From Macrostomum lignano (taxonomy: Eukaryota): 64,000 bases of DNA. Every line of letters begins with the position of its first letter. The first letter of the stretch is position 1. The position numbers were made by a program, and so were the translations under genes. The stretch lies in the NCBI GenBank assembly GCA_002269645.1, contig NIVC01000337.1, positions 682,001 to 746,000 on the forward strand, given 5' to 3'. Shown one piece after another: positions 18,301 to 33,075 of this stretch. Below the pieces are notes generated by a model, which saw only the letters and a list, made by a program, of their open reading frames with translations, ran no database searches and was not told where the DNA came from.

Positions 18301-19140
18301 TCATTCCGCTGGCACGGCGCAGCCGACGCTCACCGTCTCAACGTCATCGCGCAGCTGACCGCCCGGCATGAGCCGCAGCACCGTGATCGGCAGCATCACG
18401 GGCACCTGGCCGGGGCAGTAGCAGCGGGCCACCGGCCGAATCATCGGGCGCAGCTGCTTATTCACGCGAACGCTGTAGGACGGCGCCGCGGTCCTCGGCG
18501 ACACAGAGGGCGAGCAGACGGCCGGGCGGAACAGCTCGGCACCGGATAGGGAGCGTCTAGCGTCGCGGAGGTCCTTGCCAGTCAGCACAATGTCTCTGTT
18601 GGCGTCGGCGGCAAGCGACTCCAGGACGGCCGCGCAGCCGACCTGCTGCAGCTGGACGGTCTCCACGAAGCGTGGCCTGCCCGACGAGTCACCGTCGATG
18701 GGCAGCGGCTGCAGCTCCGTGACCGGCAGCTTCACTGTGACACAGGAGGCGCCGCCGCTGTTAGTCTTGACTCCCCGCTGTCCTGAGCAGGCGCAGGTGG
18801 AGCGCTGCACCCGGTGGATTGGAATCCCCGCGGCATCGCGTCGATTCCCTGCTGCTGGCGGACCGTCGGTTGCCAGGAATTTAGTGGGGCACAGGTGGTC
18901 GAACAGGAACTGCGGCTCCTCTGCCGGGGAGCCTGAGTGACAGTTGATGCTGCTGCTCACGTTGAGAATCTGGCGGGCTTCGCGCGCTGTGGTTGGCAGA
19001 CGCTTCGGTGGCGGATGATGGCCAGGCTGCGGCACTGGGTAGCCGTGAATTTGAGGCCGCACTTGCTGAGCAGCCGCCAGCAGCAGCAGCAGCAGCAGCA
19101 TGAGAGGCGGAGAAGTCAATGCTCTCGAAACTTTAGTCAT
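18301..19140 (-). CDS. Secreted 279-aa protein with two tandem IL-17-like cystine-knot domains
   Basis: ATG at 19140 and a hydrophobic signal peptide (MLLLLLLLAAAQQ). Two repeats of the pattern C-P/S...CxC...V...VL/EL...VGC (LCPTKF...TCAC...VTEL...QVGC and VCSP...RCYC...VPVMLPITVLR...VSVGC). GC3-rich codons; minus-strand AATAAA at 18154-18159. Confidence 0.7.
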   Translation of the reverse strand: MTKVSRALTSPPLMLLLLLLLAAAQQVRPQIHGYPVPQPGHHPPPKRLPTTAREARQILNVSSSINCHSGSPAEEPQFLFDHLCPTKFLATDGPPAAGNRRDAAGIPIHRVQRSTCACSGQRGVKTNSGGASCVTVKLPVTELQPLPIDGDSSGRPRFVETVQLQQVGCAAVLESLAADANRDIVLTGKDLRDARRSLSGAELFRPAVCSPSVSPRTAAPSYSVRVNKQLRPMIRPVARCYCPGQVPVMLPITVLRLMPGGQLRDDVETVSVGCAVPAE

Positions 19141-19560
19141 GCTTGCTATCTGGAAACTGTAATTCTGGTCACTTTTTACGGGGGTTACTCTCGTAGCATA
19201 GCGCCTCGTATTTTATACACGCAAACGCGGGTCTGACCAATGTGTTTTGTGACGCTGCAGTGTACATTCATGTAAACAGGGGTGACTAATTTATGCCACA
19301 CGTGCATAATGGGGTGGCTGACATGTGCATTGGAATTTGACTGCTGACGATTACTAAGCAGCCGGCTTAACGCTAAAGGGATGTCATGCAACACACTTGG
19401 TTCCCGATTACAATGTACTTCACCGATTAGTCATCATCATCAGCTTCGTCACAGATAAAATCTGCTGCTGTCACTAACCTAAATACTGGATGACTACGCG
19501 TAAAAGAACAACTAAACTTACTTTCCATTGCGGTATGTCTTTCAAAATCGGGGATAGAGA

Positions 19561-20210
19561 TTGGCAATCCATTTTATTTCAATTCATTTGTATTGGCTAG
19601 ATTAGCAATCCATTCTATTCCTTCATTTTCGTTGGCTAGATTAGCAATCCATTCTATTCCAATTCATTTGCATTGGCTAGATTAGCAATCCATTCTATTC
19701 CTTCATTTGTATTGGCTAGATTAGCAATCCATTCTATTCCAATTCATTTGCATTGGCTAGATTAGCAATCCATTCTATTTCTTCATTTGTATTGGCTAGA
19801 TTAGCAATCCATTGTATTCCTTCATTTTCCTTGGCTAGATTAGCAATCCATTCTATTCTAATTCATTTGTATTGGCTATAGATTAGCAATCCATTGTATT
19901 CCTTCATTTTCGTTGGCTAGATTAGCAATCCATTCTATTCCTTCATTTTCGTTGGCTAGATTAGCAATCCATTCTATTCCTTCATTTTCGTTGGCTAGAT
20001 TAGCAATCCATTGTATTCCTTCATTTTCGTTGGCTAGATTAGCAATCCATTCTATTCCTTCATTTTCGTTGGCTAGATTAGCAATCCATTGTATTCCTTC
20101 ATTTTCGTTGGCTAGATTAGCAATCCATTGTATTCCTTCATTTTCGTTGGCTAGATTAGCAATCCATTCTATTCCTTCATTTTCGTTGGCTAGATTAGCA
20201 ATCCATTCAC
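19561..20210. repeat. 39-bp minisatellite (ttggctagattagcaatccattctattccttcattttcg)
   Basis: Tandem copies; explains ORF 19913..20383. Confidence 0.95.
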
Positions 20211-20499
20211 TCGTATTCCTCGGCTCAGCCCCAGACTACATTAGCAGTCTCAATATAGCTCAGCCCTGCAGCCCTCTGTCCTCTCATCTCTCAGGTTCCT
20301 TGAGTGCCCGTCCGTTCCAATTAGCGTTTTGGCGCAGTCGCGGCCGGCGCTTTCTTTTAAATCCGCGCTGTCTGCCCTTTTAGGCAGCCTGAATGGCTGT
20401 CGGAACACATTTTTCGGTGGGAGAATGTAAGAACACACACACACTCACACACTCACACCGGTTTTGCTTGCTCAGAGATCTGCCCATTTCAAAAGTTGA

Positions 20500-20840
20500 A
20501 ATCAAAAATGAAATCTCCCAATCGCAGTCAGGAAATCTCCAAATCTCAAACATGAGATCTTCCAATCTCAAACATGAGATCTCCCCATCTCAAACAGGAA
20601 ATATCCCGATCTCTAACATGAGATCTCACAATCTCAAACATAAGATCTTCCAAGCTCAAAAGGAGATCTCCCAATCTCAAACATGAGATTTCCCAATCTC
20701 AAACACGAGATCTTTCAAGCTCAAACATGAGATCTCTAATCTCAAGCATGAGATCTCCCAATCTCGAACAGGAGATCTCCCAATCTTAAACATGAGATCT
20801 CCTAATCTCAATCAGGAAATCTCCAAGTTCAAACAAATCT
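20500..20840. repeat. Degenerate ~22-bp minisatellite (gagatctcccaatctcaaacat)
   Basis: Tandem, diverged copies. Confidence 0.85.
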
Positions 20841-21061
20841 CAGAGATGCTTGAGCGACGTGAATTTTTACGTCTCATAAAAAAGATTTGCCCACCGAAGT
20901 CAGACCAAGACGGCAGCTTTCTGTTCCTCCAACGGCGCCCTGCATCGACCGCAGCCTGGCCGGCCTCCGGGTCCCCCGGGTAATCAGCCGGCTGGTAATT
21001 AGCGATCAGCATAATCAATGGCCGGAAATCCCTAGAGGTAAATGGAAGAATCCTAGAGAAG

Positions 21062-21424
21062 TGTGAGAGAGCAGCCTCACAGATTGTGTCCCAGAATCTT
21101 CTAGGAGTTGTCTTTAAAGAAATTGTTAATTCATTGGTGAGTTTCTACTGTCAGGTTAAGGAATCGTGCGCCCCGGGTGGTTTGAATTGACTGTGGCCTG
21201 CAAATGCAGATTAAATCTGTGCCCGTGTTGGCACGCACCCAGCATGACAGTGGCCAGAGCCACGGTCTGTGTGGGTGGATTGTTGTAGAATTACCGCTGT
21301 AATCCTGCAGTCGCTTAATTGATAGCTCTGTGTGTTCTGTCTGCACTCTTCCTGTGCCGGTGTGTGGCCCCTGATAGTGCGGTGAATAAATATTAATTTT
21401 GCTGCCCTTGCTGCCCGTTACTCA
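21062..21424. mobile_element. Possible LTR-like segment
   Basis: TG...CA ends with AATAAA about 35 nt before the end, next to an integrase-like remnant. No TSD or PBS found. Confidence 0.2.
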
Positions 21425-21499
21425 GATATAGAGAGGCTGATGAAGCTTGTTGTAAAGTGAAGGAGGTTGGTAGAAAGCCGTACGACTTTAGGAAGTCGC

Positions 21500-21780
21500 T
21501 GAGCTCCTAGAAGATGAACTTTGGGATCCCCCATCGGTGGTGATTACTCGCGGAACGCCCCTTTTCAGGCTCCTGATTAAAGTCGCCATGTTGCTGACGA
21601 AAGAGCTCAATCTGAAGCTCTGTCCACGGGTTACTTCGGCCACTTGGACGGACACGGTCAGCACTGTCGTCTTGTAGGACGAAGGACCCAGGGTGAACCG
21701 GCAACCGTCAACTCTGAGACTTGTGCCAGGAGCTTTGCAGTTGCCTCGGCCAGTTCGTCCTGGGAGACCATGACAGTCAG
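21500..21780 (-). pseudogene. Decayed Ty3/gypsy-type integrase fragment
   Basis: Minus-strand translation ...SFVSN...GVPRVITTDGGSQ resembles the integrase-core motif FGVPxxITTDxGxQF; the surrounding sequence is frameshifted. Confidence 0.45.
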
Positions 21781-21789
21781 CACCTGACA

Positions 21790-23745
21790 GACACATCACG
21801 GACACATCAGAGACACGGACACATGACAGACACGGGGGTTGAGACACAGACACATGACAGACACGTGGGTACAGACACAGTCACCGACAGACACGGGGGT
21901 AGAGACAGAGACACTGACAGACACGGGGGTAGAGACACAGACACTGACAGACACGGGGGTAGAGACACAGACAACTGACAGACACGGGGGTAGAGACACA
22001 GACACTGACAGACACGTGGGTACAGACACAGACACTGACAGACACGGGGGTAGAGACAGAGACACTGACAGACACGGGGGTAGAGACACAGACACTGACA
22101 GACACGGGGGTAGAGACACAGACAACTGACAGACACGGGGGTAGAGACACAGACAACTGACAGACACGGGGGTTGAGACACAGACAGATGACAGACACGC
22201 GGGTAGAGACACAGACACTGACAGACACGCGGGTAGAGACACAGAAAACTGACAGACACGTGGGTACAGACACAGACACATGACAGACACGTGGGTACAG
22301 ACACAGACACATGACAGACACGGGGGTAGAGACACAGACAACTGACAGACACGGGGGTAGAGACACAGAAAACTGACAGACACGCGGGTAGAGACACAGA
22401 CACTGACAGACACGGGGATAGAGACACAGACAACTGACAGACACGGGGGTAGAGACACAGAAAACTGACAGACACGGGGGTAGAGACACAGACACTGACA
22501 GACACGGGGGTAGAGACACAGACAACTGACAGACACGGGGGTAGAGACACAGACAACTGACAGACACGGGGGTTGAGACACAGACAGATGACAGACACGC
22601 GGGTAGAGACACAGACACTGACAGACACGCGGGTAGAGACACAGAAAACTGACAGACACGTGGGTACAGACACAGACACATGACAGACACGTGGGTACAG
22701 ACACAGACACATGACAGACACGGGGGTAGAGACACAGACAACTGACAGACACGGGGGTAGAGACACAGAAAACTGACAGACACGCGGGTAGAGACACAGA
22801 CACTGACAGACACGGGGATAGAGACACAGACAACTGACAGACACGGGGGTAGAGACACAGAAAACTGACAGACACGGGGGTAGAGACACAGACACTGACA
22901 GACACGCGGGTAGAGACACAGAAAACTGACAGACACGGGGGTAGAGACACAGACACTGACAGACACGGGGATAGAGACACAGACACTGACAGACACGTGG
23001 GTACAGACACAGACACATGACAGACACGAGGGTTGAGACACAGACACATGACAGACACGTGGGTACAGACACAGACACATGACAGACACGTGGGTACAGA
23101 CACAGACACATGACAGACACGGGGGTAGAGACACAGACAACTGACAGACACGGGGGTAGAGACACAGAAAACTGACAGACACGGGGGTAGAGACACAGAC
23201 AACTGACGTACACGCGGGTAGAGACACAGACACTGACAGACACGGGGATAGAGACACAGACACTGACAGACACGCGGGTAGAGACACAGAAAACTGACAG
23301 ACACGGGGGTAGAGACACAGACACTGACAGACACGGGGATAGAGACACAGACACTGACAGACACGTGGGTTGAGACACAGACACTGACAGACACGGGGGT
23401 TGAGACACAGACAGATGACAGACACGTGGGAACAGACACAGACACATGACAGACACGGGGGTTGAGACACAGACACATGACAGACACGTGGGTAAAGACA
23501 GACACATGACAGACACGTGGGTAAAGACACAGACACATGACAGACACGTGGGTAAAGACAGACACATGACAGACACGTGGGTAAAGACACAGACACATGA
23601 CAGACACGGGGGTTGAGACACAGACACATGACAGATACGTGGGTACAGACACAGACACTGACAGACACGGAGGAACAGACACAAACAGAAGGCAGAGACA
23701 CAGGGGTGCGGACACAGGGGTGCGGACACAGGCAGACTGACACAG
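21790..23745. repeat. 30/31-bp minisatellite (gacagacacgggggtagagacacagacact) with a 400-bp higher-order duplication
   Basis: Tandem copies; sequence at 22161-22480 recurs at an offset of exactly 400. Explains the three 630-640 aa ORFs. Confidence 0.95.
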
Positions 23746-24355
23746 AGGGTTCAGATTGATGGCTGGAGAGAGACACGGAAGGTCAAGCGAGGACAGATCC
23801 CCTGGCGCAGTCCTTTCTCAGCCGCGCATTCAGATCAGCGCTGGAACTTTATGGCTGGGGGGGGGGGCGACGTCCTCGTCTTTAAAGGTCCAAGGAAGTA
23901 GGCAGCGGGAGGTCTCTTGGAGGTGGGTTGCCCCTTTTGGCTGAAAATAGGCCGTATTTAATATTGCATGAGCTTCGGCTCCGTCCGCTGCTTCTCTGCA
24001 GTATCGGCCGGGATAAAAAAGTTGCGGAATCAGACTGCCCTGCCTTGGGCTCACGTGAACAGTTGGGGACGATCGGCGGCTGCGCTTTACGGCTGGCGAG
24101 CCCCGTTTATTGAATATTCATACTCTGAGCCATGAGATGGGGCTCGCAGCTGCCGCGTATCGCGGTGAAAAGTGTTAAGCGGGTGTGTTTTGTATAAACA
24201 GCGATACATCATCTGACCAGCTGACCAAATTTCCCATGTCACAGATGCCTGACCTGACAAGGGAGCTGCGGACTCTGGGGTCGCGACCTTAGCGGATTGT
24301 GCTTTGTTTTGGGCTTCTGTTGTGACTGCGATCGGGGTGCAGTCGATCAAGAAAG

Positions 24356-25065
<710 letters not shown>

Positions 25066-25569
25066 GCACTGTATTGGTTCATCACTTTGCCCCCAATATC
25101 CGGGCTCAATAACATGCATAACAACAAAGTTACGCCGCCACGTGCCGCAGACCGCAGGGCACTGATGGGCAGCTCCAGTAGGGGAAGAGCAGCTCAATCA
25201 ATCATGCACTCTGGGGCGGAGGCTTCCAGCCCAACCTAGTGGAGCACGATAAATAAGGGTAGGGAGGCAGCATCCGCCTCATCAGGTATTAATCTCTGTC
25301 CCACACTCTCACTGAGAAGCCAAAATCTCCTTCCAATTTATCCTCTGCCCAGCCGGTCAAATTGGAATCGGCATTCCCGAGTCCCACTCTCAGATCCTCA
25401 GATTTGTTAGGCGCTTGGCGCGCAATATTGGCGCGGCCCCGCGGCTCAGACCGGCTCTTTAGCCGACCCCAATCTCGTTTCTCTGGCTAATCAAATTTTC
25501 GTATGAAATTATAAGAAAAAGAGAGAGATGAACACAGAGATGGCAAATGGGTGTATAGAGGATCTGCGT

Positions 25570-28540
25570 TTGTCTGTGAGATCATGAGTTTATCTGTGAG
25601 TTCATGAGCTTAACTGTGAGATCATGAGTTTATCTATGAGTTCATGAGCTTATCTATGAGTTCATGAGTTTATCTGTGAGTTCATGAGTTTATCTGTGAG
25701 ATCATGAGCTTATCTATGAGTTCATGAGTTTATCTGTGAGTTCATGAGTTTATCTGTGAGTTCATGAGCTTATCTATGAGTTCATGAGTTTATCTGTGAG
25801 TTCATGAGTTTATCTGTGAGTTCATGAGCTTATCTGTGAGTTCATGAGCTTATCTATGAGTTCATGAGTTTATCTGTGAGTTTTATGAGTTTATTTGTGA
25901 GTTCATGAGTTTATCTGTGAGTTTATGAGTTTATCTGTGAGTTCATGAGTTTATCTGTGAGTTCATGAGTTTATCTGTGAGTTCATGAGTTTATCTGTGA
26001 GTTCATGAGTTTATCTGTGAGTTCATGAGTTTATCTGTGAGTTCATGAGTTTATCTGTGAGTTCATGAGTTTATCTGTGAGTTCATGAGCTTATCTATGA
26101 GTTTATGAGTTTATCTGTGAGATCATGAGCTTATCTGTGAGTTCATGAGCTTATCTATGAGTTCATGAGTTTATCTGTGAGTTCATGAGTTTATCTGTGA
26201 GTTCATGAGTTTATCTGTGAGTTCATGAGTTTATCTGTGAGTTCATGAGCTTATCTATGAGTTCATGAGTTTATCTGTGAGTTCATGAGCTTATCTGTGA
26301 GATCATGAGCTTATCTATGAGTTCATGAGTTTATCTGTGAGTTCATGAGTTTATCTGTGAGTTCATGAGTTTATCTGTGAGTTCATGAGTTTATCTGTGA
26401 GTTCATGAGTTTATCTGTGAGTTCATGAGCTTATCTATGAGTTCATGAGTTTATCTGTGAGTTTTATGAGTTTATCTGTGAGTTCATGAGTTTATCTGTG
26501 AGTTCATGAGTTTATCTGTGAGATCATTAGCTTATCTATGAGTTCATGAGTTTATCTGTGAGTTCATGAGTTTATCTGTGAGTTCATGAGCTTATCTATG
26601 AGTTCATGAGTTTATCTGTGAGTTCATGAGCTTATCTGTGAGTTCATGAGCTTATCTATGAGTTCATGAGTTTATCTGTGAGTTTTATGAGTTTATCTGT
26701 GAGTTCATGAGTTTATCTGTGAGTTTATGAGTTTATCTGTGAGTTCATGAGTTTATCTGTGAGTTCATGAGTTTATCTGTGAGTTCATGAGTTTATCTGT
26801 GAGTTCATGAGTTTATCTGTGAGTTCATGAGCTTATCTATGAGTTCATGAGTTTATCTGTGAGTTCATGAGTTTATCTGTGAGTTCATGAGCTTATCTAT
26901 GAGTTCATGAGTTTATCTGTGAGTTCATGAGTTTATCTGTGAGTTCATGAGTTTATCTGTGAGTTCATGAGTTTATCTGTGAGTTCATGAGCTTATCTAT
27001 GAGTTCATGAGTTTATCTGTGAGTTCATGAGCTTATCTGTGAGATCATGAGCTTATCTATGAGTTCATGAGTTTATCTGTGAGTTCATGAGTTTATCTGT
27101 GAGTTCATGAGTTTATCTGTGAGTTCATGAGTTTATCTGTGAGTTCATGAGTTTATCTGTGAGTTCATGAGCTTATCTATGAGTTCATGAGTTTATCTGT
27201 GAGTTCATGAGTTTATCTGTGAGATCATGAGCTTATCTATGAGTTCATGAGTTTATCTGTGAGTTCATGAGTTTATCTGTGAGTTCATGAGCTTATCTAT
27301 GAGTTCATGAGTTTATCTGTGAGTTCATGAGTTTATCTGTGAGATCATGAGCTTATCTATGAGTTCATGAGTTTATCTGTGAGTTCATGAGTTTATCTGT
27401 GAGTTCATGAGTTTATCTGTGAGTTCATGAGTTTATCTGTGAGTTCATGAGTTTATCTGTGAGTTCATGAGTTTATCTGTGAGTTCATGAGTTTATCTGT
27501 GAGTTCATGAGCTTATCTATGAGTTCATGAGTTTATCTGTGAGTTCATGAGTTTATCTGTGAGATCATGAGCTTATCTATGAGTTCATGAGTTTATCTGT
27601 GAGTTCATGAGTTTATCTGTGAGTTCATGAGCTTATCTATGAGTTCATGAGTTTATCTGTGAGTTTTATGAGTTTATCTGTGAGTTCATGAGTTTATCTG
27701 TGAGTTCATGAGTTTATCTGTGAGATCATGAGCTTATCTATGAGTTCATGAGTTTATCTGTGAGTTCATGAGTTTATCTGTGAGTTCATGAGCTTATCTA
27801 TGAGTTCATGAGTTTATCTGTGAGTTCATGAGTTTATCTGTGAGTTCATGAGCTTATCTGTGAGTTCATGAGCTTATCTATGAGTTCATGAGTTTATCTG
27901 TGAGTTTTATGAGTTTATCTGTGAGTTCATGAGTTTATCTGTGAGATCATGAGTTTATCTGTGAGATCATGAGTTTATCTGTGAGATCATGAGTTTATCT
28001 GTGAGTTCATGAGCTTAACTGTGAGATCATGAGTTTATCTATGAGTTCATGAGTTTATCTGTGAGTTCATGAGTTTATCTGTGAGTTCATGAGTTTATCT
28101 GTGAGTTCATGAGCTTATCTATGAGTTCATGAGTTTATCTGTGAGTTCATGAGTTTATCTGTGAGTTCATGAGTTTATCTGTGAGTTCATGAGTTTATCT
28201 GTGAGTTCATGAGCTTATCTATGAGTTCATGAGTTTATCTGTGAGTTCATGAGTTTATCTGTGAGATCATGAGCTTATCTATGAGTTCATGAGTTTATCT
28301 GTGAGTTCATGAGTTTATCTATGAGTTCATGAGTTTATCTGTGAGTTCATGAGTTTATCTGTGAGATCATGAGCTTATCTATGAGTTCATGAGTTTATCT
28401 GTGAGTTCATGAGTTTATCTGTGAGTTCATGAGTTTATCTGTGAGTTCATGAGTTTATCTGTGAGTTCATGAGTTTATCTGTGAGTTCATGAGTTTATCT
28501 GTGAGTTCATGAGTTTATCTGTGAGTTCATGAGCTTATCT
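25570..28540. repeat. 20-bp minisatellite (gagttcatgagtttatctgt), about 3 kb
   Basis: About 150 copies with recurring variants gagttcatgagcttatctat and gagatcatgagcttatctat. Confidence 0.98.
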
Positions 28541-28819
28541 TTTTGTGAGTTTTGAGTAAATCCCAGGACGGTATGCAGAACCAGTTTAACGATTTATGCA
28601 AGCCCTAAATCCTGGATATTCGTGCTCCTCTCTTCAAAGCTCTTCTTAAACCCAACAATAAATTCGAATTTTTAATAAGCCTCGACTATGCCAAATAATT
28701 TTCCTGGCCCAGCAGGCGAACCCGTGTCCCAGAAATTTTTTCTCCATTTACTGACTTTTCGCCATTTCTAGGGATTTATTTCGAAAAATTTCTGCCCAAG
28801 CTGGTTTGGCTGATCATTT

Positions 28820-29490
<671 letters not shown>

Positions 29491-30019
29491 GCCCCTGCCC
29501 TCAATTAGCACTCTGCTCAGCAAGAATTCGAATAGTCATAACTGCCCGAACCTGAGATGAAAAAGCGTCCCGCCCAGGCTCGGTGCTGGCCCGGGTCGCC
29601 AAGATCTAATCTTAATTTTTCGCGAACGATTGGGTTGCCATGCCAGCCAGCTGCGGCCCTGTCCCAATATTTGCCCGCAGGAGCAGCGGTTTTTATTTGG
29701 CCAGGAGCAGTTCGGGAGGATGCAGAACTGGCGCAGCTTCTGAGCCCCGGGCTGCTCAGCCGTGCAGCAACTTATTCTCAAATTATAGTGGAGCTCAAGA
29801 ATGACTCAAGAGAGAAAGAGTTGCCCATCTCGGGGATCAAGACGATTTGTACTTATATTACTGAGAACTGTGGGATTTAGGATCGGAGCCGGTTGGCAGG
29901 GGGGGGGGCGGCTAAGCTCGCGTTAGCCGGGCGGCTGAGCAAGAGAATGCTTTTTAATTGACTGGGCATCTCTGGTGCCGAGCGGCTGCTGCACGGGACG
30001 GAGTGCGCATGCTGGGTGG

Positions 30020-30270
30020 AATGAAATAGAGTTGAGTAGGATAGAATAGAGTCAAGTAGAGTAGAGAGTAGAGTAGGATGAGATAGATATAGTTAGAGTA
30101 GAGTAGAGTAGAGTAGAGAGTAGAGAGTAGAGTAGAGAGTAGAGTAGAGAATAGGTAGAGTAAGGCAGAATATTAATCAACTTGGATAGATAAATAATAT
30201 AGAACAGTCAAAGCATTGCAAAACAGAATAGAATACTAGAATAGAATAGAATAAAAAGGAATAGAATATT
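30020..30270. repeat. Degenerate (GAGTA/GAATA)n pentanucleotide tract
   Basis: Direct reading. Confidence 0.8.
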
Positions 30271-30929
30271 ACACTGTAGAGAATACAGTGTAACTTTGAG
30301 CAGGCAAAAAAGCGACCATTCGATTAAAAAGCAGCTCACAGAAAGTGAGGATTTCGCGTGGACCCCGGCTTGAACGAACGGGCGCATTTTTGGGAAAACA
30401 TCCGCTCTCCCATGAGCGACCGCTGCCTACCCCCTGTGGGTCAGAGCTCACCCCCGAGGCTCTGGCCTTGAAGCCGTCCTCTGCACTGCGAGTCCGCGGA
30501 TGGCCGGGGCTCAGAACGGCGCTTTTATAGCTGGGGGAGAGAGGGAGAGAGAGATAGAGATTACTGATAGAATGGGAATAGAAACACGGGAGAAAAATAA
30601 ATTATGCCCATCGAAATATGAGGAATTTCGCAGCTTGGCTCCGGGTTAAAAACAGCACTATGTGTAGAGCAGTGCGACTCTCTTATCGATTGGCTGAAAC
30701 CTCTGCTTCGGAACTCACTGATGGATCGATAACAGCTTTTGGTAAGCGGCTGGGGGCGGCATCACCGAGGGGATCACACAGAGAGACCGTGACGTTTGAA
30801 TTCTGAGCTAGAAAAAGTTTTTAAAAGCCTGCATTATGACCGGCTGTTCAGATCCGACTGCCGGGAGCGCTGCTTCCAGGTTGCCATTGGCGGGGGGCTA
30901 CAAAATCGTTCTGGGTTCTGACACTTTAT

Positions 30930-33075
30930 TCTGACACCAGATCCTGACACCAGATCCTGAAACCAGATCCTGACACTAGATCCTGACACTAGATCCTGAC
31001 ACCAGATCCTGACACTAGATCCTGACACTAGATCCTGATACTAGATCCTGACACTAAATCTGACACCAGATCCTGACACCAGATCCTGAAACCAGATCCT
31101 GACACTAGATCCTGACACTAGATCCTGACACCAGATCCTGACACTAGATCCTGACACTAGATCCTGATACTAGATCCTGACACTAAATCTGACACCAGAT
31201 CCTGACACCAGATCCTGAAACCAGATCCTGACACTAGATCCTGACACTAGATCCTGACACCAGATCCTGACACTAGATCCTGACACTAGATCCTGATACT
31301 AGATCCTGACACTAGATCCTGACACTAACTCTGACACTAGATCCTGACACCAGATCCTGACACTAAATCTGCCACCAGATCCTGACACCAGATTCTGACA
31401 CCAGATCCTGACACTAGATCCTAAAATTAGATTTCGACACTAGATTTTGACACTAGATCCTGACACTAGATCCTGACACTAGATCCTGACACTAGATCCT
31501 GACACTAGATCCTGACACTAGATCCTGACATTAGATCCTGACACTAGATCCTGATACTAGATCCTGATACTAGATCCTGACACTAAATCTGACACTAGAT
31601 CCTGACATTAGATCCTCACACCAGATCCTGACACTAGATCCTGACACTAAATCTGACACCAGATCCTGACTCTAGATCCTGACACTAGATCGTGACACTA
31701 GGTCGTGACACTAGATTCTGACACCAGATTCTGAAACTAGATTCTGACACACTAGCTACCCGATCTGACACACTAGCTCCCCGATCTGACACACTAGCTC
31801 CCCGATCTGACACACTAGCTCCCCGATCTGACACACTAGCTCCCCGATCTGACACACTAGCTACACCCGATCTGACACACTAGCTACACCCGATCTGACA
31901 CACTAGCTACACCCGATCTGACACACTAGCTACACCCGATCTGACACACTAGCTACACCCGATCTGACACACTAGCTACACCCGATCTGACACACTAGCT
32001 ACACCCGATCTGACATGCTAGCTACACCCGATCTGACATGCTAGCTACACCCGATCCGACACACTAGCTCCCTGATCTGACACACTAGCTCCCCGATCTG
32101 ACACACTAGCTACACCCGATCTGACACACTAGCTACACCCGATCTGACACACTAGCTACACCCGATCTGACACACTAGCTACACCCGATCTGACACACTA
32201 GCTACACCCGATCTGACACACTAGCTACACCCGATCTGACACACTAGCTACACCCGATCTGACACACTAGCTACACCCGATCTGACACACTAGCTACACC
32301 CGATCTGACACACTAGCTACACCCGATCTGACACACTAGCTACACCCGATCTGACACACTAGCTACACCCGATCTGACACACTAGCTACACCCGATCTGA
32401 CACACTAGCTACACCCGATCTGACATGCTAGCTACACCCGATCCGACACACTAGCTCCCCGATCTGACACACTAGCTCCCCGATCTGACACACTAGCTAC
32501 ACCCGATCTGACACACTAGCTACACCCGATCTGACACACTAGCTACACCCGATCTGACACACTAGCTACACCCGATCTGACACACTAGCTACACCCGATC
32601 TGACACACTAGCTCCCCGATCTGACACACTAGCTCCCCGATCTGACACACTAGCTACACCCGATCTGACATGCTAGCTACACCCGATCTGACACACTAGC
32701 TACACCCGATCTGACACACTAGCTACACCCGATCTGACACACTAGCTACACCCGATCTGACACACTAGCTACACCCGATCTGACACACTAGCTACACCCG
32801 ATGTGACACACTAGCTACACCCGATCTGACATGCTAGCTACACCCGATCTGACACACTAGCTACACCCGATCTGACACACTAGCTACACCCGATCTGACA
32901 CACTAGCTACACCCGATCTGACACACTAGCTACACCCGATCTGACACACTAGCTACACCCGATCTGACACACTAGCTCCCCGATCTGACACACTAGCTCC
33001 CCGATTTGACACACTAGCTCCCCGATCTGACACACTAGCTCCCCGATCTGACACACTAGCTCCCCGATCTGACAC
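30930..33075. repeat. Compound minisatellite: 13-bp (gacactagatcct) to ~31740, then 21/23-bp (gacacactagct[a]c[a]cccgatct)
   Basis: Two related unit families abut at about 31740. Confidence 0.95.
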
